Origin: Octopus vulgaris
Taxonomy: Eukaryota
Direction of reading: 5' to 3'
Length of the DNA: 62,000 nt
Assembly (NCBI GenBank): GCA_951406725.2
Contig: OX597822.1
Span: 43,606,001 to 43,668,000 of the forward strand
This document shows, in pieces, positions 29,897-43,419 of the stretch. The translations under genes were made by a program, and so were the position numbers. The notes under the pieces are model-generated. The model did not search any database and had not been told where the DNA came from. It worked only from the letters and a program-made list of their open reading frames with translations. Position 1 is the first letter of the stretch, and every line of letters begins with the position of its first letter.

Positions 29897-30100
29897 ACAC
29901 ACACACACATACACACACACACACTCACACATACCTACGACGGACTTCTTTCAATTTCCGTCTGCCAAATCCACTCACAAGGCTTTGTTGGCCCCTGGCT
30001 AAGTAGTAGAAGACAATTACCAAAAGTGCTACGCAGTGGGATTGAACCTGGAAGCATGTGGTTTGAAAGCACGCTTCGTACCACACAGCCACTCCTGTGT
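29695..30100 (-). mobile_element. two tandem SINE family A heads separated by (CA)n
   Basis: Two copies of tttcagtttccgtctaccaaatcc..cacaaggct..cagtgggattgaacc..accacacagcc. Confidence 0.8.
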
Positions 30101-30134
30101 CTATTTACACACACACACACACATACACACACAC

Positions 30135-30181
<47 letters not shown>

Positions 30182-31108
30182 TACTGTGTTGTCAACAGAA
30201 ACCTTTTTGTAATTTCTAAATTATGGCGAGTCATAGAATTTTTCTATCTCACGGAATTAAAGCAAACGACTCTTAAATGGTTGAACATTCCTACCAAAGA
30301 CATCCACGAACGTCGTTTAATTAAAAATGATATTACACATAATTACGTACGCTATCTTCAGTTGAACTATTAAAAAGTTTAAAGAAACATTTAAATCTGC
30401 TTGGGTAGAAAATCAAATTAGTTTCCTAAAGTAAAAATTAGTTTTCTGAGGTAAAAAGAAATAGAAAAAAATTATAAAATAATAGAAAGTAGGAGTTAAA
30501 ATAGAAGAAGGATGTAAACCATGTGTGCTGTTTAAAATTGTTATCTATTATGGAACAGACAAGAAGCACGATTAGAGAGCATTTGAACGTTTTATTCTAT
30601 CAAAGAAAGATTTGAAAAGGAATAAATGAATTGGTTGCACGAAAAAAATTTCAGCCTGAAGGTTGACAGATGCTTGATTAGATACGTGAAATCGAAGATT
30701 TGAAAGTCATTGCGGGAATTACAAGTAAATTTAATGAAAACAGTGATTCTGTTCAGTGAGTACATTCTAAAATAGTGCTAAATCTTTGTAGCATTTCAAA
30801 AAAATGTGCTATAAGAGACATTCGAACACAGCGAAAAACGCTCTTTGTTTTTTAATTACAGTCACAGAAGCACTTCTAATGAGGGGTTTGTAATAATAGA
30901 AGTAACTGTATTTGTTTCAGTCCTTAGACTGGGGCATCGATTTGAAGGGTGTTTTTAGTGGAGCAAATCGACGTCAGCACTGGTGTTTATTACATTCATT
31001 TCATTAGCCGAACCGCTACCCTGGACAGAAAGAAGCCAACACCGGTTGTGTGGGTACGAACACAATGATACACACATAGATAGATACACGCACGCACGCA
31101 CGCACACA

Positions 31109-31185
<77 letters not shown>

Positions 31186-31269
31186 CATTACGCAAAACAT
31201 TCTTAAATACAGATGCTGACATATGACCAACGTTGAACCCCTTATATACATATATACACACATGTTCTA

Positions 31270-31430
31270 CGATCTATCTTCTTTCAACTTCCGTCACCCA
31301 ATCCACTTACAGTGGGATGATCGGCCGGGGCTATAGTAGAAGATATTTGTTCAAGGTTCCAGTATGCAGTGAGAATGAACACGAAACTGTATTTTTGGGA
31401 AGCAAGCTTCTTCCCACACAGTCACGCCTG
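31270..31430 (-). mobile_element. SINE family A head
   Basis: ccaatccactt..ggccggggctatagtagaaga..agcaagcttcttcccacacag. Confidence 0.7.
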
Positions 31431-31552
31431 TACTTCTATATTACGTTTTCATGTTTAACCTGCTCTGTCAGAAGTGGGAAAGAAGCGGTCCAATGGTTAT
31501 TGCCCTTCTATCTTGGTAGATTTCATACCAAGAGTGATCCACTTGAATATAT

Positions 31553-31779
31553 ATTTCTTTACTACCCACAAGCGGCTAAACACAGAGGGGATAAACAAGG
31601 ACAGACAAACGGATTAAGTCGATTACATCGACCCCAGTGCGTAACTGGTACTTAATTTATCGACCCCGAAAGGATGAAAGGCAAAGTCGACCTCGGCGGA
31701 ATTTGAACTCAGAACGTAACGGCAGACGAAATACGGCTACGCATTTCGCCCGGCGTGCTAACGTTTCTGCCAGCTCGCC
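31553..31779 (-). mobile_element. SINE family B, young full-length copy
   Basis: Complete head ggcgagctggcagaaacgttagcacgccgggcg and B-box gagttcaaatt. TSD acttgaatatat at 31541-31552 and 31780-31791. Confidence 0.92.
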
Positions 31780-31928
31780 ACTTGAATATATGCTAGTCTG
31801 CACCTGCGGGAAGGGTTTGAACAATGAGGGAATTCTGGGGTGCGAGGATGGCATCATTTGAAAAAGAACTGGGCTTAGTCATCAGTGCGGGACCTGGAGG
31901 GATGGCATACACACACACACACACGCAC

Positions 31929-31986
<58 letters not shown>

Positions 31987-32500
31987 ACACACACACACAA
32001 AAGATACGAGAAAGGTATATATGAGTGTCTCGGGAAAGCTTGAGTAGAAACGGCAAGAGCTCTTCCAGCGCATACGAATTGCAGCCCTAGGGGAGTCGCA
32101 GAAAAGGCAGAGAGAGGAGGTCGGTTTGGTTAGAAATACTATTTGTAAGTGGAATTCGTATAGACCAAATAAAATGCATTACGAATGTGTAAAGACAAAG
32201 TTAAAATCTGTTCTCACTTCATTAGAATGAGAATGTTGCGTCAGTTACGATATGTGAAAGAAGATATGATTACGGAACAATATAAGCGTCACAAAATATA
32301 TATTTCTAGGCATGACATCGCCTTGCAAAATGCGGGCTTTCCTAGTCAAACGTTGTAACTTAGTAACCAACACCTACATGATTACATCGTCGCCATATTT
32401 CGCAATTACATGCAATCCAGATGCAAAACCATCATCATCATCTTCATTGTCATCATCATCATTGTCATCATCATCGTCAACAACTACAAGCCCTACCCAT

Positions 32501-32753
32501 TATTGACTCGAATCCTAGGACTCATCGGGCCGCTTACCCGGCTTTGATGGCGTTTAATTTACCGAGTTCACAGTATCCTCGCTGAACAGGACGCTAGTCC
32601 GTCGGAGGGTAACTCGTTTATGGCTGACTGAACCGGAACAATGTAAAAAGAAGAGTTTTGCTCAAAAGCCCAACACGACGCCTGGACGGGAATCGAAACC
32701 ATGACCATACGAATATGAGCGCAACAACGTATACTCTTGGCTACGCGCCTTCA
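32501..32753 (-). mobile_element. tRNA-derived SINE (family C variant)
   Basis: Minus head gtgaaggcgcgtagcc..gtttcgattccc.. gcgtcgtgttgggcttttgagcaaaac. Confidence 0.7.
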
Positions 32754-33815
32754 CTTTCTGACCTCCATACCATTGCAAATATCTGGTATCAAATCAAACA
32801 GAAAATTTAAAACCAGGATTTCAATTTTTCGGACTACTCAATCGTTGCTTGATGTAATTCACTCCAAAAGGTATTTTGTTCTTATCGTGTCTTACTGCAT
32901 TTACGTAAGTAAAGCTGCAGTCAAACGCAATCCTTTACGTCGAGAAACTTTATTATTCAACTGATAATGCGATCACCAATAATAACGTTTCATGAAATTA
33001 GAGCTTCAGTTTGATATTGATGCAGAGGTAATATGAACTACAACCAGCTAGATTTATATATTAATCCACCAATAGGCAACATATGAATCCAGCTTCGATT
33101 TAGAGCTAGAAAGTCACCTTAAACAGTCTTCATCATTATGTAAAATGCTTGCAACACGACAACATTATTAGATAATTATGACATCAAGTCTCTCGGAATT
33201 GTTTGCTTTGCTATCAGTTGTCAAACCACAATTATTAACAGAATGCGGAATATCGCTCAGAGATGACGGATTCTATCTGTATTCTGCTATCTATCAATGT
33301 TTGCGTCAGTATTTATTTAATCAGTGTTTGCTAATATGCCCTATTCACCCTTAAGAATCGTAGCTGTATTATTTGGTTAAGTTATTAATCTTGCGTGTGG
33401 TTTATCATTTCTTCTGCGTCGATATACAAGAGTTGCAAGCTCCTAAGGCATTAACATTACTAATCATATTTGTCTATCAAAGCTGATAGCTCAAATAGTC
33501 CTGAGCAGTGTTCCTGGGTGATTTCAGTGTCGGACAACTAAGAACACATGATACTCAAACAAGCAATATATCGTCCATTTTGCGAATACTATTGTGAATC
33601 AGTTTTAATACGACCATTTTTTCAACAATTCCGCTTTTGGTTGACATGGAAACGTTGACATAGGTTTATATCCAGTCGGTTCGGGCCAATACACAAGTCT
33701 TTACCATAAAATTAGCATGTTCGGTCGGATTCTAGTTTCTTGGAGTAAAATTTCCAGTAAAAATCACTTCGCAGTACTTGCTTGTCTAGAAGCTTCTGCT
33801 TCTTTACCCTTGTAG

Positions 33816-33864
33816 TGAAAATGCAACCAGCCGTCACTTGCGAGCGAATATGGTTTGATAACAG
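33816..33864 (+). CDS. candidate coding exon of EPDR-like gene (phase 1-2)
   Basis: Strong acceptor ctgcttctttacccttgtag, donor CAG|gtagct. Encodes KMQPAVTCERIWFDN. Confidence 0.4.
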
Positions 33865-34269
33865 GTAGCTCACTTTCGGTGATTCTTTCAGCTGCAAGCA
33901 GAGATACATACGCTCGTAGTCCCACCTCACTCAGCAGGATACCCAACATGCGACTGCTGGAGGGTAGAGGGCGGCACCAGCATTTTGACTCGTACTTACT
34001 TTAAGCTGAGTTGTCGGTGACAATGAGGAAGTGTCTTGCTCAAGGTGAAGATGTACTGCTTGGTCCAGGAATCGAAACACACAATTTTACGATCACGTGT
34101 CAAATACCCTGAAGGTGATGTCATGTGACTTCCCTTTCAATTAAAAATTTTTACTTATCCTCTTCACCCGCAAGGAGGCTTCTACAAATATCAAAAACAT
34201 TCCTAAATTTTTGATAGACATCTACTATCATCAAAAACCCACGAGCATATAAGCGATCAAGATCACAGC

Positions 34270-34450
34270 AACCCACCCTCACTCCCGAACGAGACGCCGG
34301 ACCATGGCAGGGTTACTCATTTCCGGCCGAGCAACATGAAATGAAAGGTTTAATTCAAGAACACAACACACCGACCGATCAGGGAATCGAGATCACTCTC
34401 TTGCGATCTAGAGTGCAACACGCTAACCACTACGCCACACGCCTTCACCT
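34270..34450 (-). mobile_element. tRNA-derived SINE (family C variant)
   Basis: aacacaccgaccgatcagggaatcgagatcac..gctaaccactacgccacacgccttcac. Confidence 0.7.
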
Positions 34451-35004
34451 CATGCATATGTACCAATAAGTTAATTTTTTAAAGCTACGTTTGCACTGCT
34501 TTAACTAATTCTAGTTTTATTTTAGCACAGCTGTCTTTCACCTTAAATATCCTCATAGAAGTCTAGTCACCTTGTTTATAATATCGGTTGATCCCCTGAT
34601 GCTTTCGAGACGACTCAATGTCTATCATCATCATGGCTTTCTTCTATCATTAATATTCTCAAAGACATTGGTAACAATAAATTCCTCATTATGTGAAATA
34701 ACATCTTGAACTGCTAAATTCCATTTCAATTCCCAAAAATGACATTTCAATGGCGAAAAATTGCTGCAATTATTACTGAGACCATTTTAATATACCAGAT
34801 AAAATATTGTGTTTAGTTGTTTCCTGTTTTATATTTTCATATGCTATAACAGGTTCCTTACAAAACGGATGACAAAAAACGATTATGATATTGATGATGA
34901 CGATGATGACGACGACGATGATGATGATGTTGATGATCATCATCATCATCCATACCAGCATCAGCAATACATTCCAGTTACGATTATGCATCAGTATATG
35001 GCAG

Positions 35005-35060
<56 letters not shown>

Positions 35061-35062
35061 AA

Positions 35063-35569
35063 CTAGCAGTATCGCCCGGCGTTGGTCGGGTTTGTAAGGG
35101 AACTAACTATATAAGCATTTTTAGTGAGTTATAGCAAAAAAATAGGAAAAAAATGGAATAAAAAATGATGGTAATTTTGGTGTCTTCAAACCATGAAGTC
35201 GTTGTTCTAAAAGAACGCTGGTCTCCTTGACAACGCTTTACGACGTTGATTTCCTTGCACTCCCTTCCCCACAGCTTCACGAGGGAGGGAAGAAGGGGGG
35301 AGAAGCAACACAGGTGCAGGTGTGAGCATGGACGCCAACTCTGCCGCCATCGACACACGAAAAAATTGGAAGAAATGGAAAAAAATGATGTTAAATTATT
35401 TTTAAAATCGTAGACTCATCGTAGACGCGCGCTCGATATGAGACGGGCTCGATATGAATCACGACTATAAGATACCCGAATTTGGTTAAACTGCACCGCA
35501 AAATGTGGGAGTACTTAGGAATCTAAATCGTAGGAGACAGACACACAACTACAGTTTTATATATATAGA
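35063..35569 (-). mobile_element. non-autonomous Helitron copy 1
   Basis: On minus: A|TCTATATATATAAAA ... cccgaccaacgccggg hairpin, cgatactgCTAG|T. Has 5' TC, 3' hairpin plus CTAG, insertion between A and T, and no TSD. Confidence 0.85.
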
Positions 35570-36129
35570 TATAATGCTGTTATATTTAAGACGCACCCCA
35601 AAATACATGCAGATAGTACTTTCAACAAGCCATAATTTGTTTTTAAAAATATATTCGAGTGGCCTATTTTTCTAAAACTAACGTAAATTTTTTAAGAAAC
35701 AAAATGGCATAGTCTTCGGGTACACGACCGAATCACTAATTCTCCACCTTTCAATATTCCAGTATCGTGTGTTTCATTTGTGGTTTATGCTCTCGAAAAA
35801 TACAATACAAAATGGCCGTCTTTGCAAACATATTCCCGTCAAAGAATGTTCACTTTTACCTCTTATTAATATAAACTTGTTTGTATCTTCATAAATCTAA
35901 ATTTGGACCACTGACTTTGATACTGATATCAGTCTTATACCCTCAGATGCATTTTATTCATGATCTTCTCATCAAAATGGAACGAAACTTCACGTTTATG
36001 AAGTGCAGCAAATATTGATAACCCTCCGAATATTGCTCCAACGATCTCCTGTATAAATTAACAAATCCCAATAAGATTCTTTTGCTAGATTTACAACCAC
36101 ATGTTTTTACTGATAAATGATGACGTTGG

Positions 36130-36745
36130 ATAAATTCCTTTTTGTTATAGTCACTTTTAAGTTATATCTATAGATTTCCTGTAGAATGTAGAGTCAGAAA
36201 CGAAAGTTACAACGTTTCGTATAAAAATACATCTATGTAAACAATGCGATCGAAGATAGAAAAATAGATAATAGGTGTATATACATATTTCAGGAGTTCT
36301 TGCTTCCTCTTCAACGCTACATCCAACCCATTAACCATCCATGAACACATTGCTTAAACACCGAATATAGTGGTGTAACACAATCGGATATACCCTTTTT
36401 TACAGTCCTGGCAACTGCTACGTACATATTAATTGCTGATAGAGACACTGTATTTCGTTATGCAATCATAATATACTACAAATATATCAAACTTTTTTAT
36501 AAGTCAATGGTACATCCAACCTGTGTTAGCAGTGCGATTCAATCATTTTTAAAGTTATCTCTACAAGCTTTCTCTTGAAACTAGAGCGAGCACTGGAAGT
36601 TACGAATACGTCTATGAAAAGAATGCGATCGAAGATAGAAAAATAAGTCATTGGTGTATATCAATATTTCAGGTGTTATTTCCCTTTCTTCAGTGTCACA
36701 TACAATCTATTAACTAACCACGAACGCTTTGTTTAAATACCTACT
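36130..36745. repeat. diverged tandem duplication, period ~380 bp
   Basis: Exact aatgcgatcgaagatagaaaaata at 36243 and 36622, with alignable flanks. Confidence 0.75.
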
Positions 36746-37051
36746 ATATTTACAGCTGGCTCTAAATTATATACGAAATCTATAGATATAATTAAAAACT
36801 GACTGTATCGCTCTGCTAATACAAAACGTCAGACATACTATTGCCTTATAAATTTTTAATATACTTGGTTGTAAATTATAGTTGCAAAGCAAATTAAGGT
36901 GTCGCTACCAGCATGCAATCTTCTTTGTTAATACTTTAAAATCATAATTCATTAATCTTTGACAAAGGCTTTGCTAGTTCGTTCACTTTAGTACTTCAAC
37001 TCATTTTTAATCTCCTCTACTTGATATGTAGACGCAGAACAGCCTCAGCCT

Positions 37052-37121
<70 letters not shown>

Positions 37122-37244
37122 CAATATCAGGGTAGCAAAAAAATTCAATAGAAATCTTTTCGCCACCAGCGGTCTAGTGAGAAAGAAAAAATAGTCAACA
37201 GACTATATAATGTACATTCAACAATAATATTAATGATAACATTG

Positions 37245-37324
37245 TAATAATTATTACCTATGAGGTTTTTATTCCCATGCTAGACACTTGATATAATCGG
37301 TATTTAAATAAACGATCTTATTCT

Positions 37325-37403
<79 letters not shown>

Positions 37404-37446
37404 GTAACTATGTATGTATATATATAATATATACATACACACACAT

Positions 37447-37494
<48 letters not shown>

Positions 37495-37731
37495 CAATAA
37501 TATTAGGAATGGCCTTAATAGGCCATTCAACTCACTAAAACGAGTAGCCAAACTCAAACCGCTAAATAGTAGTAATTCAGAAATCAAAGGAAAATTAAAA
37601 AAATTAAAAATTAAAAACATTTACCCTTAATTTTCCTTTGATTTCTGAATTACTACTATTTAGCGGTTTGAGTTTGGCTGCTCGTTTTAGTGAGTTGAAT
37701 GGCCTATTAAGGCCATTCCTTAATATTATTG

Positions 37732-37787
<56 letters not shown>

Positions 37788-37855
37788 ATGTATATATTAT
37801 ATATATACATACATAGTTACATATATATAAATATGTGTGTGTGTGGGTATGTATG

Positions 37856-37893
<38 letters not shown>

Positions 37894-37971
37894 AATAAGA
37901 TCGTTTGTTTAAATACCGATTATATCAAGTGGCTAGCATGGGTATAAAAACTTCATAGGTAATAATTATTA
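37245..37971. repeat. near-perfect palindrome: ~350-bp arms, 28-bp spacer (37599-37626)
   Basis: The left arm reverse complement matches the right arm, including microsatellite substructure. About 6 differences outside the microsatellites, by eye. Confidence 0.95.
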
Positions 37972-38163
37972 TTAAAATTATAATTAAGGGTAGCTAGAAA
38001 TCCGGGATCTGGAATTATCCAATAATTTTTTGCTAGTTTAATTTGTCTCCTTGTTTTCTCTCCTGGTTCTGTATGAATATTTGATGTGATTTTAGAGTCA
38101 AGTTTTGACTGCTATCTCTAGCATGATGGTATCTTTTAGATACCCTCAATTACAATATTATAC

Positions 38164-38197
<34 letters not shown>

Positions 38198-38238
38198 GTA
38201 TGTGTGTGTGCGTATATATATATATATATATATATATA

Positions 38239-38310
<72 letters not shown>

Positions 38311-38344
38311 CTTCATAAATAATACTTTCAAATATTAGTACAAA

Positions 38345-38525
38345 GCCAGCAGATTTTGAGGAAAGGGAGAAATCGATTACATTGACCCAGTACATAACTG
38401 GTATTTATTTTAACGACTCTGAAAAGATGAACGGCATGATCGACCTCGACGGAATTTGAACTCAGTACGCAAAGACGGGAGAAATCACGCTAAGTATTTT
38501 GTCCGACCTGCTAAGGTTTTGTTAT
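38345..38525 (-). mobile_element. SINE family B, degenerate
   Basis: atcgattacattgacccagtacataactggta..gatcgacctcgacggaatttgaactcag. Confidence 0.75.
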
Positions 38526-38908
38526 CTCTTGACTTTAAACATCTAAGTAAACAATGTTATCTTAAATGTCACTTTGTACAGGTTCAATGTCTTTGTGAAG
38601 CATAGCCGCATGAAATATGTTTATTTCATACGAAGACATGTTCATCTTAAAACTCATCTGTATATTCACCGTTGTGAAATCTCCTGGGTCTGAGCTAAAT
38701 AATCTCATGCCAGAAAGAGAATGAAATAGGTAAAGTTGTTTAAGAATCTGAATACATTCTTGTACATATTCTTAGTTTTCCATCTGCTCTTCACATTAGC
38801 TCTAGAGAGGTAACTTATAATTTGCAACACCATCTCAAATAAAGATTTTATTTTGTAAAAGAAAATTTCCTTTAGCAAAATAGCTGTTTCATATTTAATG
38901 TATACATA

Positions 38909-39140
38909 GGCGCAGGAGTGGCTGTGTGGTAAGTAGCTTTCTTACCAACCATATGGTTCCGGGCTCAGTCCCACTGCGTGCATGGTATCTTGGGCAAGTG
39001 TCTTCTACTATAGCCTCGGGCCGAGGAAAGTCCTGTGAGTGGATTTGGTAAACGGAAACTGAAAGAAGCCCGTCGTATATATGTATATATATGTGTGTGT
39101 GTGTTTGTGTTTGTCACCCTAGCATTATGGTGTGTTTACT
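38909..39140 (+). mobile_element. SINE family A, 3'-truncated
   Basis: ggcgcaggagtggctgtgtggtaagtagc...ggaaactgaaagaagcccgtcg plus microsatellite. Confidence 0.88.
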
Positions 39141-39144
39141 TTCG

Positions 39145-40400
39145 AACTTTCAATGGGGCGTATTCGCAACCAGCTGCAATCATGAACGAAAGTTGTCATC
39201 TCTGACGAAAGAAAAAGCGAAGAAAACATTCACTGATGTAGCCACCCGGTTGATGAAAAATCCGTTATACGCAATTGAGGCAAGATTTAATTTAGATAGC
39301 CAACTATAAAGAATACTTTCCTGCAGTAATTTTCTCCGCTTTGCTGTAATTAATAGTTGAATGTGTAGTGGTTTTGCTTCTAAATTACATGGCTTGATAT
39401 AGCCTTTGAGGAGAAAGTTAGCCTCCAAGACACATACTCCTTCAAAGAGTCCTGGAACTTCGGTTTTATGAATTAAGGTAGAAATGTCAGCATATATCAC
39501 ATCCATATCGCTCAACCCACGAGTTTTCTTACATTTACCAATAATGATATAAAAAAAAAATGGCAAAAAGAAAAAAAAAGAACCTTCCACGCTCTTATCA
39601 GTTTCTTTAATGCGTCAAACTTTCCTAGAATTTTAACAAGTGATCCATCAAATTGTTTTAGTTTGCGATTACACTGTTCCATATTTTTTGTTTATTCAAA
39701 TCAGCCCAGAAGTTTTCATGTAATTACAGTTACCTGACTGCCAGTGTCAACCTGCATCTCAAATTTACCATTATTGCGTTTCACTTTGATCCTTGGGATA
39801 TTTTTTTAGGATAATTTCATAAATACCTGCAGAATATTCATTTTCAATTACCTCAATTTCCTCGATCGTTTTTTTTATATATTCACATTCTGCCTGAAAG
39901 AGATCCTCTTTCATTTAATACACGTTTTACAAAAAATGCAGGACACATGGTTGGTGCAGGGTTATGTCGATATTTCATATTTTTCCTATTTATATTTGTA
40001 TCTGCCATCATGTCACGTAGTCATAATACCAGTATTTATCCGCTACTAATATATTTTTTGCATTTTTTACACAGTACGCCCATAAGGGATATTAAGGAAA
40101 GAATTTCACAGTTAATTTACCTTTCACGATGTGTCTGTTTTAATTATTATGAATAGATGGCTATTTTAACCTAATAATATTTATGTTGCATATAATGAGT
40201 TTTTATTCAGCCGGATGGTTAAACGCAACTTCAGTGATTTTTTCAGTCCCTAAATTCCTATAACGGTGGAGGCAGATTTTTCTTTTCATGCGGTTGGCAG
40301 TGAGCGCATGTTACCGACAAAGCCTGGAAAGCCAGATATATACCTCTATCGTTCTCAACACTGTTGCAGGATTATTTTCATCTGTTAGTGATATAGTTTA
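39145..40400 (-). pseudogene. Ty3/Gypsy gag-protease-RT relic
   Basis: Aspartic protease GKFEMQVDTGSQVTV (39725-39769), then NRKLKQFDGSLVKILGKF and an RT-start-like EAKPLHIQLL..RKLLQESIL. Upstream are remnants of a zinc knuckle (CPA..C..AEC) and gag-like GFVGNMRSL. Confidence 0.7.
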
Positions 40401-41275
40401 GTGTTTTTAAACATACTGTATCCATAACAGTTATTACTTCCGGAAGAATACCGTAGTTAATTTTCCTTTTGGCGATGAATCTGCATTGAGTATGATACAC
40501 TGATATCTATTTTTATTTATATCTTGGATATAATTCTGTTGTGTCTGGGGAGAGTAATTCTCTTTTAGTGCTTTATAATGTAACACACTCACTGGTAAAA
40601 TTTCCACTCATTTACTTATTTATTTTTCTAAAATCTTCGCTGCATCTTGCAACCTTCTCAATAGTTGTTGACTCTGTCCATTATTGAAGCTGTTCCATTC
40701 TTATTTCATTTCAGTTTTGTGGCGTATAGAAATCATTTCAAGCCATTGAAGGAATTCAATACACGAATAAATCCTTTAGTATTGAAACTGGCCATATCCG
40801 GCCAAAATACTCAACTTGTTTTATGTTCAAACTAGCCATATATAACCTTTCAGGCCGACTCTACACTGTCATTCTAAAAATGGACCGTTGCACCGTACCA
40901 TCATCAAATTTTCGAAGCTACAAGATAATGAATGATTAATCCAACACAATATGAATAGATAAGCATCATATTTGAATCCTCTAATTGAAGATATTCGACG
41001 ATTACAGAGATATTCGACCAATTCCGAATAAAGTTAAGGTATTCTCCAACTCTATATGACTTCTTGCGCTTTATTTATAAGCAGAATTAAAATATGCTTA
41101 TGAACTAACTTTTCTATGTTATATATATCCAATCATTCAGGATGTAGATTATCTCTGATGATATTTTAGATTATATATGTATACATTCATACATGTGCAC
41201 ACACACACACGCACACTCATATATATATATATATATATATATACTTTATTTTAAGCAGCAGAAAATTCAACAAAT

Positions 41276-41317
<42 letters not shown>

Positions 41318-41484
41318 ATATGTATATATGTATATATATATATATATGTATATATGTATATATATATATGTATATATGTATATATATATGTATATATGTG
41401 TATATATATATATATGTATATATGTATATATATATATGTATATATGTATATGTATATATGTATATATGTATATATATATATGTA

Positions 41485-41521
<37 letters not shown>

Positions 41522-42387
41522 CGAAATCACAACCGAAGCGATAACAGTTGCTGAGCTTGCCTCATTGATTCCGGGAGATTGACCTTTATAGATGGTCTTA
41601 TCACAGATATTTTAATGCTAAAAATTACTTCTCTGAGTTAGAGGGATTTCACGATTACAGAAACTTTATGTATGGCCTTTATACATATTTTTAGATACAA
41701 GCAACTCTCATGTGTTTAATCTTTGCATCCAAGCTTATCCCCATACTTGCTTTGAAAGCAAAACACGACAGACATTCCTCTATCTTAAGTGAAGTCAAAC
41801 GTTCATTGTTATTAAGCAAGAGCGCCATTATCCTGTCACCCTTAAAGTTGTATTCAACTACGACACTTTACGTTCAGAATCTTTATTTAACTGAATAGAC
41901 TGGTTCTTCAGTTGAATTGGTATCATTCTTAAATAGTCTTAATCAACATGTAAAGCGCAGACAAATCTACAACGACATTTCCATAATAATGACATCAGAA
42001 CTGTGTTAAGAATATATTATATCATTATCAAATTAAATTTTTCGCTGTATGTGTCAATACTTGCAATATCAAAAGGATAACACAGCCAAGCATGAACAGA
42101 AACTAATTAATCGAACGTATACTAAGCAGCAATGATTAAAATAGAGTTGTAGATAGTTATATTTAACACGATCGTGTACACTGACACGTGGAAATATCTT
42201 CGCTGTACATTCCCCTTAAGAGAATAATTATAGTCTTTGTGACATTTGCTTTTAACTAGGACATTTAGAAAAGGGTCAGCTAGCTGCGTGGCATAGGGTC
42301 AATTTGAGACATGTTCCAGACTCTGGAACATAGACGCACTGTTTTCTCCCTCTTCCTCTTTTACCGATTCCATAACGGCTCATGCAG

Positions 42388-42685
42388 TGAAGACGCGTAG
42401 CTTAGTAGCCAGGGTATTCGTCTCACGGTTGTAAGATCGCGAGTTCAAAACTGGGTAGCGCGTTGTGTTCTTGAGCAAAATATTTTATTTCTCATTGCTC
42501 CAGTCCACTCGGCTGGCAAAATCGAGTGATACCTGTATTGCAAAGGGCCAGCCTTGTCACTTTCTGTTTCAGCTGAATCTCCCTAAGAACTACGTTAAGG
42601 GTACAAGTGTCTGTGGAGTGCTGAATACCCAGGCTGGTTCGTTGATCGGATCAAGTATAACCCACTTCGTCGTAACCGACGGAGA
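42388..42685 (+). mobile_element. tRNA-derived SINE family C
   Basis: Head cgcgtagcttagtagccagggt..gcgagttcaaaac; tail aagaactacgttaagggtac..cgtcgtaaccgacgga. Confidence 0.8.
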
Positions 42686-43184
42686 GACAGTTCTATTTTT
42701 AACGGCTCGTGTTTGCCGCAACTGGTTTAGCTCGTGTCAACTCCCCTCAAGCATACCAGTCCAACTAATCTGGCCACCAACTATCACTTTTGTGTCCAGC
42801 TGCCTTGTTGTGGAACATTCAGTCCTTCCATCCCATAATGTCGTCTCTCTGAAATTTCCTCTTGTTGGTGTTGGCGTACAGAGATTTGTAAGGAAACGAA
42901 CAGAATAAATCTCACTGTCTTAGGAGGATCTGAGGAGGCCATGGGCGCTGTTGCTTGCTCCAGATCCAACTACTAAAAGAGAAATGCTCCATCGAATGCA
43001 TTTTCTTTCTATTTTAGGGAGAATGGAGGGTCTATAGTTTCGCCACCTGCGTAGTCACCATTTTAATCTATTTTAAAACTCAAATAGGATCGAAACTTCA
43101 ACGCACTTAGGTGTTTATGGCTATTTCAGAAAAGGCATGTTAGTCTCAACGACAATTTCAATATTTTTGAGGAAACCACTTAGA

Positions 43185-43410
43185 TCGGGGGTTCCCAACC
43201 GGGTCCGCAGAATCTTTGAGGGGGTCCATATATATCTTTGAGTGGGTCCATATATAAATTTTGTTTACTGTATTTATTGAAATTTTCAAGATTTGTATTT
43301 CGAATTTCTGTTATGAATATAACGAAATTGTTTCATTGTTAGTTTTTAGAAACGCACAAACGAATATTTTATTTCAAACATTTACATGTGCATATATGAG
43401 GTCCACAGAT
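43185..43410. mobile_element. possible hAT-type non-autonomous relic
   Basis: Starts ggggttcccaaccgggtcc, similar to the tagtggttcttaattggggtcc fragment at 9730. Second terminus unclear. Confidence 0.35.
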
Positions 43411-43419
43411 AAGATAGCT

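Noticed and set aside
32030-32110. RQELFQRIRIAALGESQK resembling an RLE-LINE C-terminus
   Set aside because: Too short and lacking supporting flanking motifs.
33815-40390. Alternative minus-strand exon chain (ENNPATVLRTIE / EIVGAIFGGLSIFAALHK / ERITESELPVIKPYSLASDGWLHFHYK)
   Set aside because: The first piece lies in the Gypsy gag relic, the last is antisense to a better plus-strand exon, and no protein family is recognisable.
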